Part shown: positions 27,025-42,029 of the stretch, one piece after another
Position numbering within the stretch: position 1 is the stretch's first letter
How the letters are laid out: every line of letters starts with the position of its first letter
Assembly (NCBI GenBank): GCA_951406725.2
Contig: OX597822.1
Location: forward strand, 28,024,001 to 28,088,000
Length of the DNA stretch: 64,000 nt
Reading direction: 5' to 3'
DNA from: Octopus vulgaris
Lineage: Eukaryota
Program-made: the position numbers and the translations under genes
The notes under the pieces: model-generated
The model's input: the letters and a program-made list of their open reading frames with translations, nothing else
What the model was told of the DNA's origin: nothing
Database searches by the model: none

Positions 27025-29119
27025 AAAAGAGTAGGTTTGCGATTTCAACTCAAACTTAAAAGAATGTAACCAAATATCACAAGGTATTTTGTCGATCACT
27101 ACCTCTTCTGCTACCCACGCTTTCCACTTTTAAACTCAATATAAATTCCGTTTCCCCATTCAGGGTACATTATTTTATCTCATTGAGAATATCAGCTTTT
27201 TTGTGGATAGCACTTAAATATAGAAGGCTTGCTAGATACATCAACCAAATCTCTTTGAAATCATGATCTACCATCTTAAGAATAAACTGAAATCTGTGGA
27301 TTATAGGCATGCTAAATCAAGGCCTTTCTGAGACCGAAGACAATATAAACAGCGACTGATAAAATGTTTGGTGATGGATATCTAATGCATACGTATGTAC
27401 ACATGCAGGCGTATGTTAAATACCTAAATGTGCGAACAATGTGAAAGCCAGGTTTATCGCCTGTCTTGAAAGGACTAGCCAAATTATTGCTTACACTGGA
27501 GGAATGGTTTTAACATGGCCTATGAAGGTAACAACACTGCCGCTATGGCTTATGATGGACGAATTCATGATTTTAACACGAGTGCAATCATGGTTATATG
27601 GTCAAGAGTATCGTTTTGGAAACTAAATTATCATTGTATGCATCTTGTAACATGATACCCCACCATTTGCCCACAACATTGTATGCATAAAAGAGTTTCA
27701 CTATTTTATTTTATGGCAGACTAAATCTGTGTCCGTTGAGCACCAATTTCTGGTCATTGGATCATTAAAAGAAGCCATGCTGCTGCAAGCATTCCGAAAA
27801 GAACTCCAATTTGACGGTAAATTCATTTGCTTCTCCCGTATGATTTAGAGGCCTACGCACTGCACTTCCTCCTCTAAGAGGATAAACATGTATAAGTAGG
27901 TTGACATATATCAACTCGTATCACGTAGGTGGCATCATCTCGCATCAGTTGTTTTTATTACTCATACTACAGCAGTATATATAATTGATCCAATATTAAC
28001 TCTTGACGGGGTTCGAATGTTTGATAGGACAGCGTGAAATTAAAGATAGCATGTACGCATCCCGATAATTTTGATATCTAAATACAAAATTTATGCATAG
28101 ATGAATACATAGATATATTCATACAAACATATATATATATAAGTATATAACATATTATAACAACATTTGCGTGGAAAAAACTAGGGAAATATTTCCAAAG
28201 GGATATATTTATTAAAATTGAAAATTGTTATACAGAAAAATCCTGTGGTTATTTTTCTCCGCTCTCCATTGTGAAAGTTTCCAGGGAAGCTTGATGAGTT
28301 TCGTGTTGTTACTTCATAATCTCTTGTTAGCAAGACTATTCGACTATATATAAACAGATGAACTGATAGCAATATAAGCAATAAAAACAATGCATTTCAT
28401 ATATATGAAACATAATATGCTTAAACAAACGAGCATTTTACTATATCTAAATATGTATGCAGTAATATTAGGGAAATTTTATTTGAAGCAATATGTTAAG
28501 ATTACTCGAATTCTAAATACCAGAATTCAGTGGTCAAATCTACATTCATGTACCCTAAAATAAATTAGAGGTTGCATTTCATTTTAGAAAACAAAAGGTC
28601 AAAATAGACACAAGGACGGCTGTGTGCAAACAAAGTTAAGTTCGCATTCACATAGCACGGTATCCAACCCCATTGTGTGGCTCATGGAGAAAGTGGCTTT
28701 TACTATATTTTCAGACAGAGTGAAGTCTTGAGAATGAACATTTAGACAGACAGTGTGTGGAGTCATGTTTTATGCATGTATGCATGTATGCACACACACA
28801 CACACACTCACACTCACACACACACATATATGGGTATGTGTATGTGTTTGTGTGTCTCCCAACTACTTGAGAGCCAGTGTTGGTTTTTGCTATCACTATA
28901 GTTAGGCATTAGGAAAAACCGTGTCATTGAAAAGGAACTGTGAGTAGACATTTCATGGCGGAGCAAAGCGAAGTACAACGGCTGTAACAAATGGAAAAAG
29001 GAAAAGAGAAAAATTATATGTCGTTACCGGTTGTTTACATAACACACACAAAATATTTTAGAGATTAAAATTTGAGTGACGACATTACTTTTCTAATGAG
29101 TAATTCCAACATATCTTTA

Positions 29120-29318
29120 AAGCTGGCAGAAACAAATGCTTAACCGTATTTCGTCTGTCGTTACGTTCTGAGTTCAAATTCCGCTGAAGTCGACTTTGCC
29201 TTTCATCCTTTCGGGGTCGATAAATAAAGTACCAGTTTCGCACTAGGGTCGATGTAATCGACTTTATCTCTTTGTCTGTCCCCTCTATATTTAGCCCCTT
29301 GTGGGCAGTAAAGAAATA
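29120..29318 (+). mobile_element. SINE family B
   Basis: Core and tail gccccttgtgggcagtaaagaaata. Confidence 0.88.
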
Positions 29319-31589
29319 TATATTAACCCTCTAAACTGCGAGTACGCTTTAGCAGAAATGATTACGATTGGTTATACATATTCCTAGCAAACACAAAGGC
29401 AATCGGCAACAAGCATTTTCTGTTCGAGACTTAAAATAAAGACGTCTCTGCCAATTAGCGAATCGTAAATGAAAGCTGTGTGGTCGCTCATTTTTGCATC
29501 TTCAAAGTGTAAAGTCAGGTGAAATTTTTCACAGTAAATCGTACTCGCAGGCTCAGAGGATTAAAAGTATTATAATAGATATGTGCAAACAGTAAGTAAT
29601 GTGGTGGTTCTCCGTTTGGTCTTTACGATGAGTGTTCAGTTGTTCATTCAGTTAAAATACTTTTCATTGAATTAGTCGAAATTATCAAGGAGTGTACAAC
29701 AGTGTATAACAAGCCTGGACCTTTAAGTTACAAGTACAATACATATTATACAATAAATAGAATCAAAACTATTCAAAGGGTTGCAAGACGCAAGGGAAAT
29801 TTTAGTAAAATAAAGGAAACGAGTGGAAATTTTACCGGTGTGTGTGTTAAAATATAAGGCACTAAAAGAGAATGACTCTCCCCAAACACAAAACAATACA
29901 TGTGTACTCTATTTATGTATTCAGTATACAATACATATGTATGCTGTCAATTCAGTATCACTCACAACACTTTCCAAGCTACCATGCAGTGGGATGGAAA
30001 CTGGAACTTTATGATTGCCGAAAGAATTTCTGCACTATTTGGCCTTGCTTCGTCCATATAATTAGAGTAAATCAACTGAATGTTAGAGGTAATTTAATAG
30101 AATTTTGCAATAATTGATACGCGTTTAAATATTCTTTATTTTATATTATGTGAACCATAGAGTGCTCATGACAATATATTGATTCAGAATACGTGGGAGT
30201 ATAAATTCGTGTCGATAAAGTATTGATAGATTGTCTGAAGGTCGAGAGAGTTCGTATATTATCAACGCTGCTGCTTGGCATCCATATTAATGATACAAAA
30301 CAATACTTCCATGAGCACAGTTTGTTGAACAAACTATTCTTCAGTTTAACTATCCATGCATATATTACATGAAAACTAATATTTCATGTTTTTTTCTGCA
30401 ACACATAAGTTATGGTTTCCAACACATTAATAATTCTCAAAAACTGAACGTTGATTTAAAGATTTTGCGAAGTGGGTTTCGATTTATTATTCTGCTACTA
30501 TAATTATATTTGAGATACACAAATATATTTGTATCACATATATAAATTTGCCGTAAGTAAATATTTGTTTCTGTGATGAATGCTGGAATCATGGAAACTT
30601 CTCAAGGAAAGTCAATCAACTTCATGATGAAACTGTTTAAAGTTAGATTACTGATAAAGTTTGTTATTTTTACTGAGCTATGTCAGGGCGTGTAAAATAT
30701 AAAATTTCGTTGGACAAATGGTTTTAAACGAATAGTAAAACTGGCTCATAACTAACATGAGATTTTTATCACATCTCTTCAAATCTACAATTTTACGGTT
30801 TCTTGTAATCTCTTTTTCAGAACCACTATCTCTATATTTCTATCTTTCATTCTTTCACCGGTGTTTCATTGTGATTCTAGGTCCTCGGGCATTCGGACTT
30901 ACGCTAGATTTAGTGCTTCAAGGCAAGCTAAAGACCTAGAATTTCTCAAAACAGTCCCTCGTAAACAAAAAAAAAAAGCTCTTGGATTTTTCTATAGAAA
31001 CACTGAAATATAGAAATATCGGGGATGCTCTTAAGTAAATAATAGATTTAAAAGTGTTTATATTACAATGGGTGTAATATATGAATAAGGTAAAATAATA
31101 CCCTTCTAAATTGAATGTAAAATTACTTACGACTGGACTCTTAAAACTCTTACATTTAATACCACCACAACATGGAAATCATGATTAGTGCTCTGCTGTA
31201 TTATTTGGAGATGATGAAGTCTAGAACTATTCGGCCATCTCTAGAAATATTCTACAACAAAGCAGCGATATGAGACGTTGGAAACATAAAAAAACAAATC
31301 ACTAAAGAAAGAATGCATTGTGTAATCTTATATTATCTTGTTTCAGTCATCTGTTTGGGCAACACCGCATTAAATAGTTTTAGCCGAACAAATAAACCCC
31401 AATGATTACTTTTTTTTTATGTCCGGTTCATATTGTGTCGGTCCTTTAATTAATTAATTAATTTATTTATTTATTGCCAAACCACAGCTGCATACACAAA
31501 GCAACATCGGTTGGCAAGTGGGAGACAAACATAGACACAAACACACACGCGAGCGTGGGCAAAAGAGACGCACATGCAATAATACATAC

Positions 31590-31960
31590 AAGAACCTACG
31601 CTATGATGGAAGTCATGGACATTCATAGTTAAAAAAAGAGTACTGGTGGAATGTCGTAGTGAAAACCTCAATAAAATGTAAGCACAATAGACCAGATACA
31701 ATAATTTGGGATAAGAGAAGAGAAACTGTGTACAGTTGAGGAAATTAGCTGCCCAGCGGATGTTAACATAAAACTGAAGATCAGTGAAAAAGAGAATACC
31801 CAAGCTGAACTACCGAGAAATCTGCAGTTTATCTATCCAGATTAAAAGATCAGGTTTATACCTGTAATTATCGGGGCACTGGAGTATGTAACACACTAAC
31901 TAAATACAAATCTTGAGAAATTAGGCTTCTCAAAAGTAGAGAGAAGAAATATAATCCAAG
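31590..31960 (+). mobile_element. RLE-type LINE fragment (PD-(D/E)xK endonuclease region)
   Basis: RPDTIIWD...ISCPAD...EKEN...PVIIGALE across frameshifts; overlaps in sequence with the 33975-34190 fragment (aatcttgagaaattagRcttctcaaaa). Confidence 0.72.
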
Positions 31961-32084
31961 ATGGCGCATCGTAGGACTGAACGTGAAACCATGTCGTTAC
32001 AAAGCGGGCTTCATAACTGCACAGACACGCCTCCGCTAAATGCCTTCATTCAATGAAAGTATACTCGCTGACGATTGACCATTT

Positions 32085-32340
32085 TAAAAAATGCGCCCCT
32101 TTTAAAGCCTAGCCAGGATCATGGGCCCGGTTTTCCGGTTTCTGTGACGTATGTGTTTCCCAACTGGACGGGACGCCAGTCCATCGCAGCGTTACTCATG
32201 TTTGCCAGTTCAGTGGACTGGAGCAACGTGAAATGAAGTGTTTTGCTCCAGAATACAACACGTCGCCAGGTCCAGGAATCGAAACCACAATCTTACGATC
32301 AAAATGCTGACACTCTAACCACGAAGCCAGCGCCTCCACC
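32085..32340 (-). mobile_element. SINE family D (tRNA head, V-domain-like ctgcgatggactggcgtcccgtccag)
   Basis: Minus-strand B box ggtttcgattcc and V-like motif. Confidence 0.75.
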
Positions 32341-33158
32341 GGTTGAGCAATAAAATTATAAAAATCTTAACAACTATAATGCGAGTAACAGCAATGACGA
32401 TATTACTGAAAAGATGAAACATATATTTACATATTTCTCTTTCTTTTATAAAAAAATTAAATTTGCATTTTTTTCATATTTGTAAATTGAAAATCATTGT
32501 AAAATTGATAACTTTTACTTGTAACATGCATTAATATTATTTAGAACTTAATTCTAAAAGAAAAAAAATTGTTTAGCAGATGCTGATAACAATTTTTACC
32601 GTATTAATCATTCAAACATTTATTCAGAATAATGTAGAAGATAATGAGAAATTTCATTTAAATGTAAAAATTATGATGTATTCCTATAAAATCATTTCAC
32701 AAAGAAATTTAATTATTTTTCTACAAAATATTAGCATCCCCATAATTGAAGAAATATTTATTAGCGGAGGAGAAAATAATATATCACAATGACTACGAAG
32801 GCGTTTTAGAAAAGTTTGTCTAAGGATGTCGAGGAAAATAGATATGAAGGATGTATACATACGCATACGCGCACACTCACGAAGAGTATCATTTGTGTGT
32901 GCGGTAATGTATGATATATAGGTCGTACATCACAAAACGTCAAATGACATACGATCATAAGTACATACATTCGATGCTCAGGTCGGAATTTGCGCCTAAG
33001 CTCTAGTACAGGGTGTGGTGTCTGTCTAAATGATAGGCAACGTATCAACTGAGCTGGTATATGAATAGTGGAATAAAGTATAAACAAGTAGCCAACAGGA
33101 GTCAAGTTTGATGAAACGTATAAACAAGCCATACATACATACAAATATATATACATAC

Positions 33159-33230
<72 letters not shown>

Positions 33231-33416
33231 AATTAGAGATAAAACCACTATTATGCAAATCACACAGTGAAAAACATAGACCAAAACATAAAAATAAAAA
33301 TAATTAATATATTATACAAAATATATAAAATATAAAATATAAAATTTAGACTATCTAAATTTAAAATTATTAATTTATATTTATAAATTTTTATATTTCA
33401 TATACATATATATATA

Positions 33417-33459
<43 letters not shown>

Positions 33460-33474
33460 ATATATATATATATG

Positions 33475-33542
<68 letters not shown>

Positions 33543-33546
<4 letters not shown>

Positions 33547-33730
33547 TAATCCAAACAAGAAAGCACAAAAAAAGAACACAACAACGCGAGGACGTGGAAC
33601 AAATATAGTATTATTGGACGCTCAGGAAAGAAGGAAAGAAGGAGGGTTTAACGTTTCGAGCGGAGCTCTTTGTCGGAAACATAAGAGAAGGGAAGACAGA
33701 GGGAAAAAAATTGCCAACGGCACACACGAG
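33543..33730 (-). mobile_element. PLE pLTR-like fragment with degenerate minimal hammerhead (33647-33680)
   Basis: Minus strand GTTT-CCGACAA-A-GAGC(tcc)GCTC-GAAAC-GTT-AAAC; next to (TA)n. Confidence 0.6.
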
Positions 33731-33754
33731 GTCACACACACACACACATATATG

Positions 33755-33817
<63 letters not shown>

Positions 33818-33974
33818 GCATGTATGTATCGCCAAAGATGCCGATAGAATAAGTACGTAGCTTAGAAACTGTTCTCGGTTCGCGTTGTTCGTCTAAAAGG
33901 TGGTGCTCCAGCATGGCCGCAGTCAAATTCCTGAAAGAAATAAAAGAATAAATGCATACATACATACATACATA

Positions 33975-34190
33975 CCAATCTTGAGAAATTAGTCTTCTCA
34001 AAACCAGAAAGGAGGAAACTAATTCGAAGACTACAGATCCAACCCATCACTGCAACTCTAAAAATCTGTAAAATTTATCAGAAGATTATCATTTAAATAT
34101 ATATGAGCATGTCTAGATATGCAACTATATGGATGAGAATACATATATAAAACATATAAATCTGCACATAAATACATACATACATACATA
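33975..34190 (+). mobile_element. RLE-type LINE extreme 3' end flanked by (ACAT)n
   Basis: NLEKLVFSKPERRKLIRRLQIQPITATLKICK; ACAT repeats on both sides. Confidence 0.68.
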
Positions 34191-34469
34191 CATACATACA
34201 TACAAACGAAAATACCCTTTTGTTGATGTTGAAATTCCAATGAAGGATCTTTGAATCTAGGTTAGAAACTGCTTCTCTCTCTAATGGCATGAAATCTTCA
34301 AATAAACTGAATAATGACATACTTACATACATACATGCATGTATGTATGTATGTTTTCTTTCAGATATTTTTAAGTTCTCCTTCATTAATCTCAAGCCAA
34401 TCACTTGCAAAGTAACATGACTTTTAGTGTCAAGTGGTTTATTTAGTGGGTGGGTATATGTAGATATAT

Positions 34470-34650
34470 TTATTTATTTATTGCCCACAGGAGGTTAAAC
34501 ATAGAGGGAACAAACAGAAAAGGGGATTAAGTCGATGACATTGACAACAGTGCGTAACTGGTACTTATTTAATCGACCCCGAAAGAATGAAAGGCAAAGT
34601 CGACCTTGCCGGAATTTGAACTCAGAACGTAACTGCAGAAGAAATACGGC
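34470..34650 (-). mobile_element. SINE family B
   Basis: Reverse complement of core and tail. Confidence 0.82.
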
Positions 34651-35401
34651 CCTAATATGTAGGTATATTAACCACTGCTAATGTTCTCTGTGAGAATATA
34701 TCTTTATCACTTATGTGTTTATGCATGAGTATATGTGCATGTGTGTATATTTACTGCGCATCTGATAGATTGGATTTGCAAGATGTATCTATTGTTTTGT
34801 TCTTCCTTAGAAAATCCTAGCATTTTCTAGTCTTCTATGTATGTTTGTATGGATGTATGTAAGCATGCATGTATGTATATACGTATGTATAGATGGATGG
34901 ATGCAGGGATGCATGAATGTATGTACGTATATATGTATCATTTAGAAAGAATAATAGCCAACAACATTAGTGAGATTTCAATATGTTAACTTTATTCGTA
35001 AAGCCGTTTTAATAACCTTAACATCAATGCAGATGCTAAGAAGGTTATCGCTAAGGAACAATGCATTTACAGAAATATTTCACTGTGAATATTCCTTTCT
35101 AAAGTCATAATTATTGCACCCTGCATAATAACGAAGTGACGTAAGGGCTATTCAAATTCTTGTAAGAATGAACATATTTCAATATCATTTATGTTGTTTT
35201 CAGTTATACAAATATTTTCTTGTTCTGTCCTTATACGTGAAGTTTTGAGTTTATAGCAATAAATTACATTTAGTTCTATTCAGTTCTCATATAATTGATT
35301 ATTTGTTCTGCATACAAAGCACAAAATAACGTTGAAACACGCGTATGCGCGCATAAATGTATACGTATGTGTGTATAAATATGAATGTATATACGTTTGT
35401 A

Positions 35402-35435
<34 letters not shown>

Positions 35436-35515
35436 CCTATATATATATATATATATATATACATATATATACATATACATATATATAATTATAGACATAA
35501 TATATTATATATATA

Positions 35516-35629
<114 letters not shown>

Positions 35630-35709
35630 CATACATATATTATATATCTACACTCACACAAACACACACATACGTATATATATATATATATACACATACA
35701 CACACACAT

Positions 35710-35779
<70 letters not shown>

Positions 35780-36695
35780 TGTATCCGGTGTAATGCAAAA
35801 CAGTAACAAACAAAAAGATTATAGAAACCCCAAAACGAACTGGTGGATATCCGCGTAAGCGTGAAGAATATATTCTAAAGTAAGAAAAGCATTGAAATCA
35901 CGCCAAAAATGTGGTAAGAGTTTCACGCTTGATAGAGCTGAAACATGTTTAGAGATTCTGAGTGAAATCTTTCATCTGCAACACACATACACACACACAC
36001 AAATAAGACAGACATACACACATACAAAAAGGAAAAAAAAAAAACAAGGAACTAGATAAGGAATATAAAAGACAGTAAAGAAAACCGAATGCCCACTTGT
36101 TACTTATACCAGTGCCATTCAGTAAACTAATTTTATCGTAAGCAACATGTGGCCATTTAGCTCTCTGCTTTTTATCTTTCTTTGATTTTCAGCTTTTCTT
36201 TTTTTCTAATTCTCCCTCCTTGATGCACTTTATCTTTATCTCCCTCTTTCTCTCTGTCTGTCTGTCTGTGTCTCTCTCTCTCTCTCTCTGTCTCTCTCCC
36301 TCCCTTCCTCTCTCTCTCTCTCTCTCTCTTTCTGTGTGTTTGTCATGTTTCCAGTGAAGGACTGCATTCTAAAATACTAAAATTTCCCCGGTTTTATTAT
36401 GAATGAAACTAAATCAATTTTTGACAACTTTTAAAATTAAATATTTCTCGTACACCTTTAAAATATTTAAGCATATATATTTATCTATCTATCTCTCCCT
36501 CACACTCTCTCACTCTCTCTCTCTCTCTCTCCCTATATATATATATATATACATGCATATATATATATATATATATATACATACATACACACATACATAC
36601 ATACATACATACATACATACATACATACATACATACATACATACATACATACATACATACAACCGCATACACACGCGCACGCGTACGTATATATA

Positions 36696-36907
36696 CGAAG
36701 GGTTGCTGAAAGGTTCTTGGCTTTGGATAAAGAAAATACAGGAGGGTAAGTTAATTATGATTTTTTTCAACATATTCCTCTCTCAGATCCACACACTCTG
36801 ATGGATTTTGCAGCGGTCCTTCATTTGTAAAACAACTGGGAAGATTGGGCGTCCAACCAGGCTTTTCGCGACACCTTTGAATCCAGGAACTTTTGAGCAT
36901 CCCCTCA
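36696..36907. mobile_element. Mariner-derived MITE
   Basis: TA|CGAAGGGTTGCTGAAAGGTTCTTGG ... CCAGGAACTTTTGAGCATCCCCTCA|TA imperfect TIRs with TA TSD. Confidence 0.75.
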
Positions 36908-37017
36908 TATCCAAATTGTACCCCTACATATATATATGTATATATATATATAAAAGAGAACAAAGTGTACGTACGCCGCTATATATTTTATATATATATA
37001 TATAGTGACTCTGTGGA

Positions 37018-37429
37018 GGCGCAGGAGTGGCTGTGTGGTAAGTAGCTTGTTTACCAACCACATGGTTCCGGGTTCAGTCCCACTGCGTGGCACCTTGGGC
37101 AAGTGTCTTCTACTATAGCCTCGGGCCTACCAAAGCCTTGTGAGTGGATTTGGTAGACGGAAACTGAAAGAAGCCCGTCGTATATATGTATATATATATG
37201 TGTGTGTGTGTGTATTTGTGTGTCTGTGTTTGTCCCCCTAGCATTGCTTGACAACCGATGCTGGTGTGTTTATGTCCCCGTTACTTAGCGGTTCGGCAAA
37301 AGAGACGGATAGAATAAGTACTGGGCTTATAAAAGAATAAGTCCCGGGGTCGAGTTGCTCGATTAAAGGCGGTGCTCCAGCATGGCCGCAGTCAAATGAC
37401 TGAAACAAGTAAAAGAGAGTAAAAGAGTA
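37018..37429 (+). mobile_element. SINE family A, full length, low divergence
   Basis: Intact A box (gtggctgtgtggt) and B box (ggttcagtccc). Confidence 0.93.
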
Positions 37430-37932
37430 ATATATATATATATATGTGTGTATATATATGTATATATATACCCGCATATATATTAGTATGTATGCATATT
37501 ATGCATATTATGGGTGTGATACAGTGTGTGCATATATGTGTATATTGTGTATACGCATGTTAGTCTATCCTTACGTCCGAAAACATATTTATAGGTTTAC
37601 GTATTTTACAAAGCAACCGTTATCTTTAAACGGCGTAGGTTAAAAATTAAACACTACCATTTAAGATTATAATTAAGTCAATAAAGCACCAGATTAAAAT
37701 CAGTCGTGTGTTACTATAAGAGACTACAGACCCTTCAAGACCATACTTTTACATGAACGGAGCCTTATCCGTCAAACGGTAAAACACCATACAATAATAT
37801 GACCAATTAAATACTTTCGTACTTGCTCTAAGTCAGGCTATGGCAATGAAATTCAGTAAGAAAATACATAGTTAGATATATACGCACGCACACACAAATA
37901 GACTTGTACCCGTGTATTACTATACATACATA

Positions 37933-38223
37933 GGCGCAGTAGTTGCAAGAAGATTGTTTCCCAACCACTGGCACCTGCAGCAATTGTTTTTCGACTATAG
38001 TCTCAGGCCGACCTAAGCATTGCCAGTGGATTTGGTAGACGGGAAGTGAAAGACGCCCGTAATTTAGCGGTTCGGCAAAACAGAACAATAGAATAAGCAC
38101 TAGGCTTACAAAGAATAAGTTCTGAGGTGTAATTCTACGACTCAAAAAAGACGTTCAAGGCAGTGCTCCAGCATGGCCGCAGTCAAACGAAAAAAGCGTG
38201 TAAAATAATAAAAGAATAAAAGA
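37933..38223 (+). mobile_element. SINE family A, internally deleted
   Basis: Head and tail motifs present. Confidence 0.75.
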
Positions 38224-38329
38224 TATATGTGTGTGTATGTGTATATATATGCATATTGTATATATATATATATACATACATACACACCCATATATATATG
38301 TATATATCAACTTGTGTAAATTTTTGTGT

Positions 38330-39218
38330 CTATGTTTGTCCTTCCCCACCGCTTGACAACCGGTGTTGCTGTGTTTACGTCCTTGTAAGCATGCGGTTCG
38401 GCAAAAGTTTAACCGATAGAATAAGTGCTAGGATTTAAAAAATAAGTCCTGTGGTCGATTTGTTCAACTATAATCTTTCACGTCTGTGCCCCAAGGCTGT
38501 GCTACAAGACTGTGCCACAAGGCTGTGCCACAAGGCCGTTCCACAAGTATGTGCCACAAGGCTATGCCACAAGGCTGTGCCACAAGGCTGTGCCACAAGG
38601 CCGTTCCACAAGTATGTGCCACAAGGCTATGCCACAAGGCTGTGCCACAAGGCTGTGCCACAAGGCCGTTCCACAAGTATGTGCCACAAGGCTATGCCAC
38701 AAGGCTGTGCCACAAGGCTATGCCACAAGGCTATGCCACAAGGCTATGCCACAAGGCTATGCCACAAGGCTATGCCACAAGGCTATGCCACAAGGCTATG
38801 CCACAAGGCTGTGCCACAAGGCTGTGCCACAAGGCTATGCCACAAGGCTATGCCACAAGGCTATGCCACAAGGCTATGCCACAAGGCTATGCCACAAGGC
38901 TGTGCCACAAGGCTATGCCACAAGGCTATGCCACAAGGCTGTGCCACAAGGCTATGCCACAAGGCTATGCCACAAGGCTATGCCACAAGGCTGTGCCACA
39001 AGGCTATGCCACAAGGCTATGCCACAAGGCTATGCCACAAGGCTGTGCCACAAGGCTATGCCACAAGGCTATGCCACAAGGCTGTGCCACAAGGCTGTGC
39101 CACAAGGCTATGCCACAAGGCTATGCCACAAGGCTGTGCCACAAGGCTATGCCACAAGGCTATGCCACAAGGCTATGCCACAAGGCTGCTCTACAGTCAA
39201 ATGACTGAAACAATTAAA
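38330..39218 (+). mobile_element. SINE family A 3' half containing an expanded minisatellite
   Basis: gcttgacaaccgg...gatagaataagtgc...[array]...cagtcaaatgactgaaaca. Confidence 0.8.
38486..39187. repeat. 13-bp minisatellite GCCACAAGGCT(A/G)T, about 54 units
   Basis: Direct reading; 65-bp higher-order unit containing ggccgttccacaagtatgt three times at the 5' end. Confidence 0.97.
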
Positions 39219-39577
39219 ATATATTGATGCACACATACGTACAACTACATAAATTAAAAATCAATTGCTTCAGCCTTGTGCTATCGGTAAGCCGTACTTA
39301 CTGAGTTTCACTTCCAGTTTCAACTCTTAAGCCCCTAATTCTCCGCACAAAATCCTTCATGTTGATATTCTGACACGTCCTAAAGCTCTTAAGCAGATTC
39401 AAGAATACATGTGTGTTTCTGTAGGTATATGTCTATATGTGTATGTGTGTGAGTGTTTGTGTGTGTGTTTGAGTGTGCGTGTGTGTGCTCGTATGTGAGA
39501 GCGCGCACGCGTCCGAATGTATATGTGTATATATACGAAGAGAGTGACAGATACATAGGGTGTAAGTATAAGAGTGA

Positions 39578-39624
<47 letters not shown>

Positions 39625-39813
39625 TGACTGACTGTGTGTATGAATGTGAAAGTGAATACGCAAATCCCCATACAGAGAAGAAATACATTCAAGAATATGG
39701 GCACGTGCATATATACACATATACACATATACACATACATACATACATACATATTTATATATATATATATGAATGTATATCTACACCTACGTGCACGAAC
39801 ACACACATACACA

Positions 39814-39907
<94 letters not shown>

Positions 39908-41144
39908 TATTATACATAAGAAGTGTGAGAGAGATATTTTATATTCTTCACGTTAAGTTCTCTAATCCCACTGCTGTGCATAACACCGATTCGTTGGTTC
40001 AATATAATGCAGGTTTAATCAGTAAGGATAAAGAAAATGTATGGTGTTGGAAGGAAATAGTACATTTCTATCTATTGACTGGTTGAATGAGTAGCTTGCT
40101 GGTTGATAGACGAAATACTTTTTCCAGGCTGACACTGATTATCCAAGTAACAATAAGGTGGAGATAGTGTTCGGATCTGAATCACATTTTATTCTATTTT
40201 CGGTAATATTCTTTGCGTTAGTACGTTTTGTATATTACGTATTATCTAGAGACTTACTCAATAAGAAGATATTAGTATTGATTGTTATTAACATCAATGG
40301 ACAATGTCTGTAAATTTTAATGCTAAAAACTTGTATTTACTTGATTTTCTCTTTCATATTTAATCTGTACGTTCTTGCACTTGCATGTCAGCTCTTCTTA
40401 TACATTGGTTTTATAATATAGTTTCTCCAATTTCCTGTCGTTGTTTTTTTTCATACTTTTGCTTGTTTAGTCTCGTTATTTCTCTTCTTGCTTCAGGTTG
40501 ATTTAGGTTGCCAATTTTTAACACGAATTGAAGTTAAGAATAAACTGGAATCCTTACTTATCGTCATACTATCTGTTGCCCCTTGACCATAGATGTGAAA
40601 AGAGTTCTCTGCCAGAAAAACGTGCGTTAACCTTAGAAAATGAAGTTAAAAAGCCATTGCTTTATTGGTAAACTATATTAAAGACTTACACAGCTTTTCT
40701 CCCATTTAGAGACAAATTGTTAACAGAATCACGGAATCACGGAATAGAAAACTTCAATTTTAATAAATATGATTTGAGTGTCTGTTTTTAGAAGCGATAT
40801 ACTTCTTTTGTCGTCTTGATTAGACATCTGTATTTGTAATCAAGTATTTACATAGAATATGAATTCATGACTGATACCATTTTCATATCCCTACGGGGTA
40901 AATAAACTCTTATCAAAGACTTACATAGTGATTCAGTATTCTATAGCAAGGTAGAATGCAATCATGGTTGTTCTCTTTAAAATATAGTTTAAACTGAAAG
41001 CTTTTCCACCGACATTCATGAAACAATTGTTAAGAGAATGCAAATTTCGGAAACACAAGTTTTCTAAGAAAACGGTAAATAGAGTTATCCAGAGATAAAA
41101 CTTTCGTTTGTCTATTTTGATCGGCTTAATTCAATTCTAGTTAA

Positions 41145-41662
41145 TATTATGTATATATTTCTGGACCGAATAGTGACTGGTGATGCGAAATGGGTTCTCT
41201 TTAAAAATGTCAATTGCCGAAGACAGTGCGTAGCGAAAGGAAGAACACTGGCACCCCAGGCTAAAGAGGGTTTTCACCCACGTAAAGTGTTGTTATCTGT
41301 TTCGTGGGATGAGAGGTTTAGTCCACTTTGAATTTTAAAACCCAAACCAAACGATGACAAATGAGATCTACTGCGAATCACTTTCTATTAAAAGTGCTAG
41401 ACGAAAAACCACCATCTTTGGTTTCAAGACGAAAGTTATTCTTTCATCAGGATCATGCTCGGCCACGTACAGCGAGAATGACATTCCAAAGGCTGGAGTA
41501 GTTTGAATGGGAAACGATGCCCCACCCAGCATATTCACTGGACATCGCCCCATGTGGTTGTACTGATTTATAAGAAAATTAAGGAGAGCATATTTTGGAT
41601 TAAAAAAGAAACTTAAAAAAGAAGTATAAAAATACCGCATTATTTATGGGATGACCCAATAT
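41145..41662 (+). pseudogene. Mariner transposase relic with 3' TIR
   Basis: FLDRIVTGDAKWV, HPRKVLLSVSWD, HQDHARP, MPHPAYSLDIAP; ends ttatttatgggatgacccaa|ta. Confidence 0.88.
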
Positions 41663-41671
41663 ATATATATT

Positions 41672-41890
41672 CATTTTATTCTTTTAACTTGTCTCCATCA
41701 TTTGACTGTGGCCATGCCGGAGCACCGCATTAAAGCGTGTTAGTCGAAGAAATCAACCCCAGGAACTATTCTTTGTAAGCCTACTACTTATCCTATCGGT
41801 CACTTTTGCTGACCCACTAACTTACGGGGACATAAACACACCAGCATCGGTTGTCAAGCGATGGCAGGGGGGGGCAAACACAGACACACC
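41672..41890 (-). mobile_element. SINE family A 3' half
   Basis: Reverse complement of the tail. Confidence 0.85.
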
Positions 41891-41945
41891 ACACACATAA
41901 ATATATATATATATACATATATATATATACATATATATACACACA

Positions 41946-42029
<84 letters not shown>

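Noticed and set aside
38451-39227. Three overlapping 230-258 aa ORFs; possible CRISPR-like array
   Set aside because: A stop-free 13-bp tandem unit opens all frames; there are no spacers or cas genes and the context is eukaryotic.
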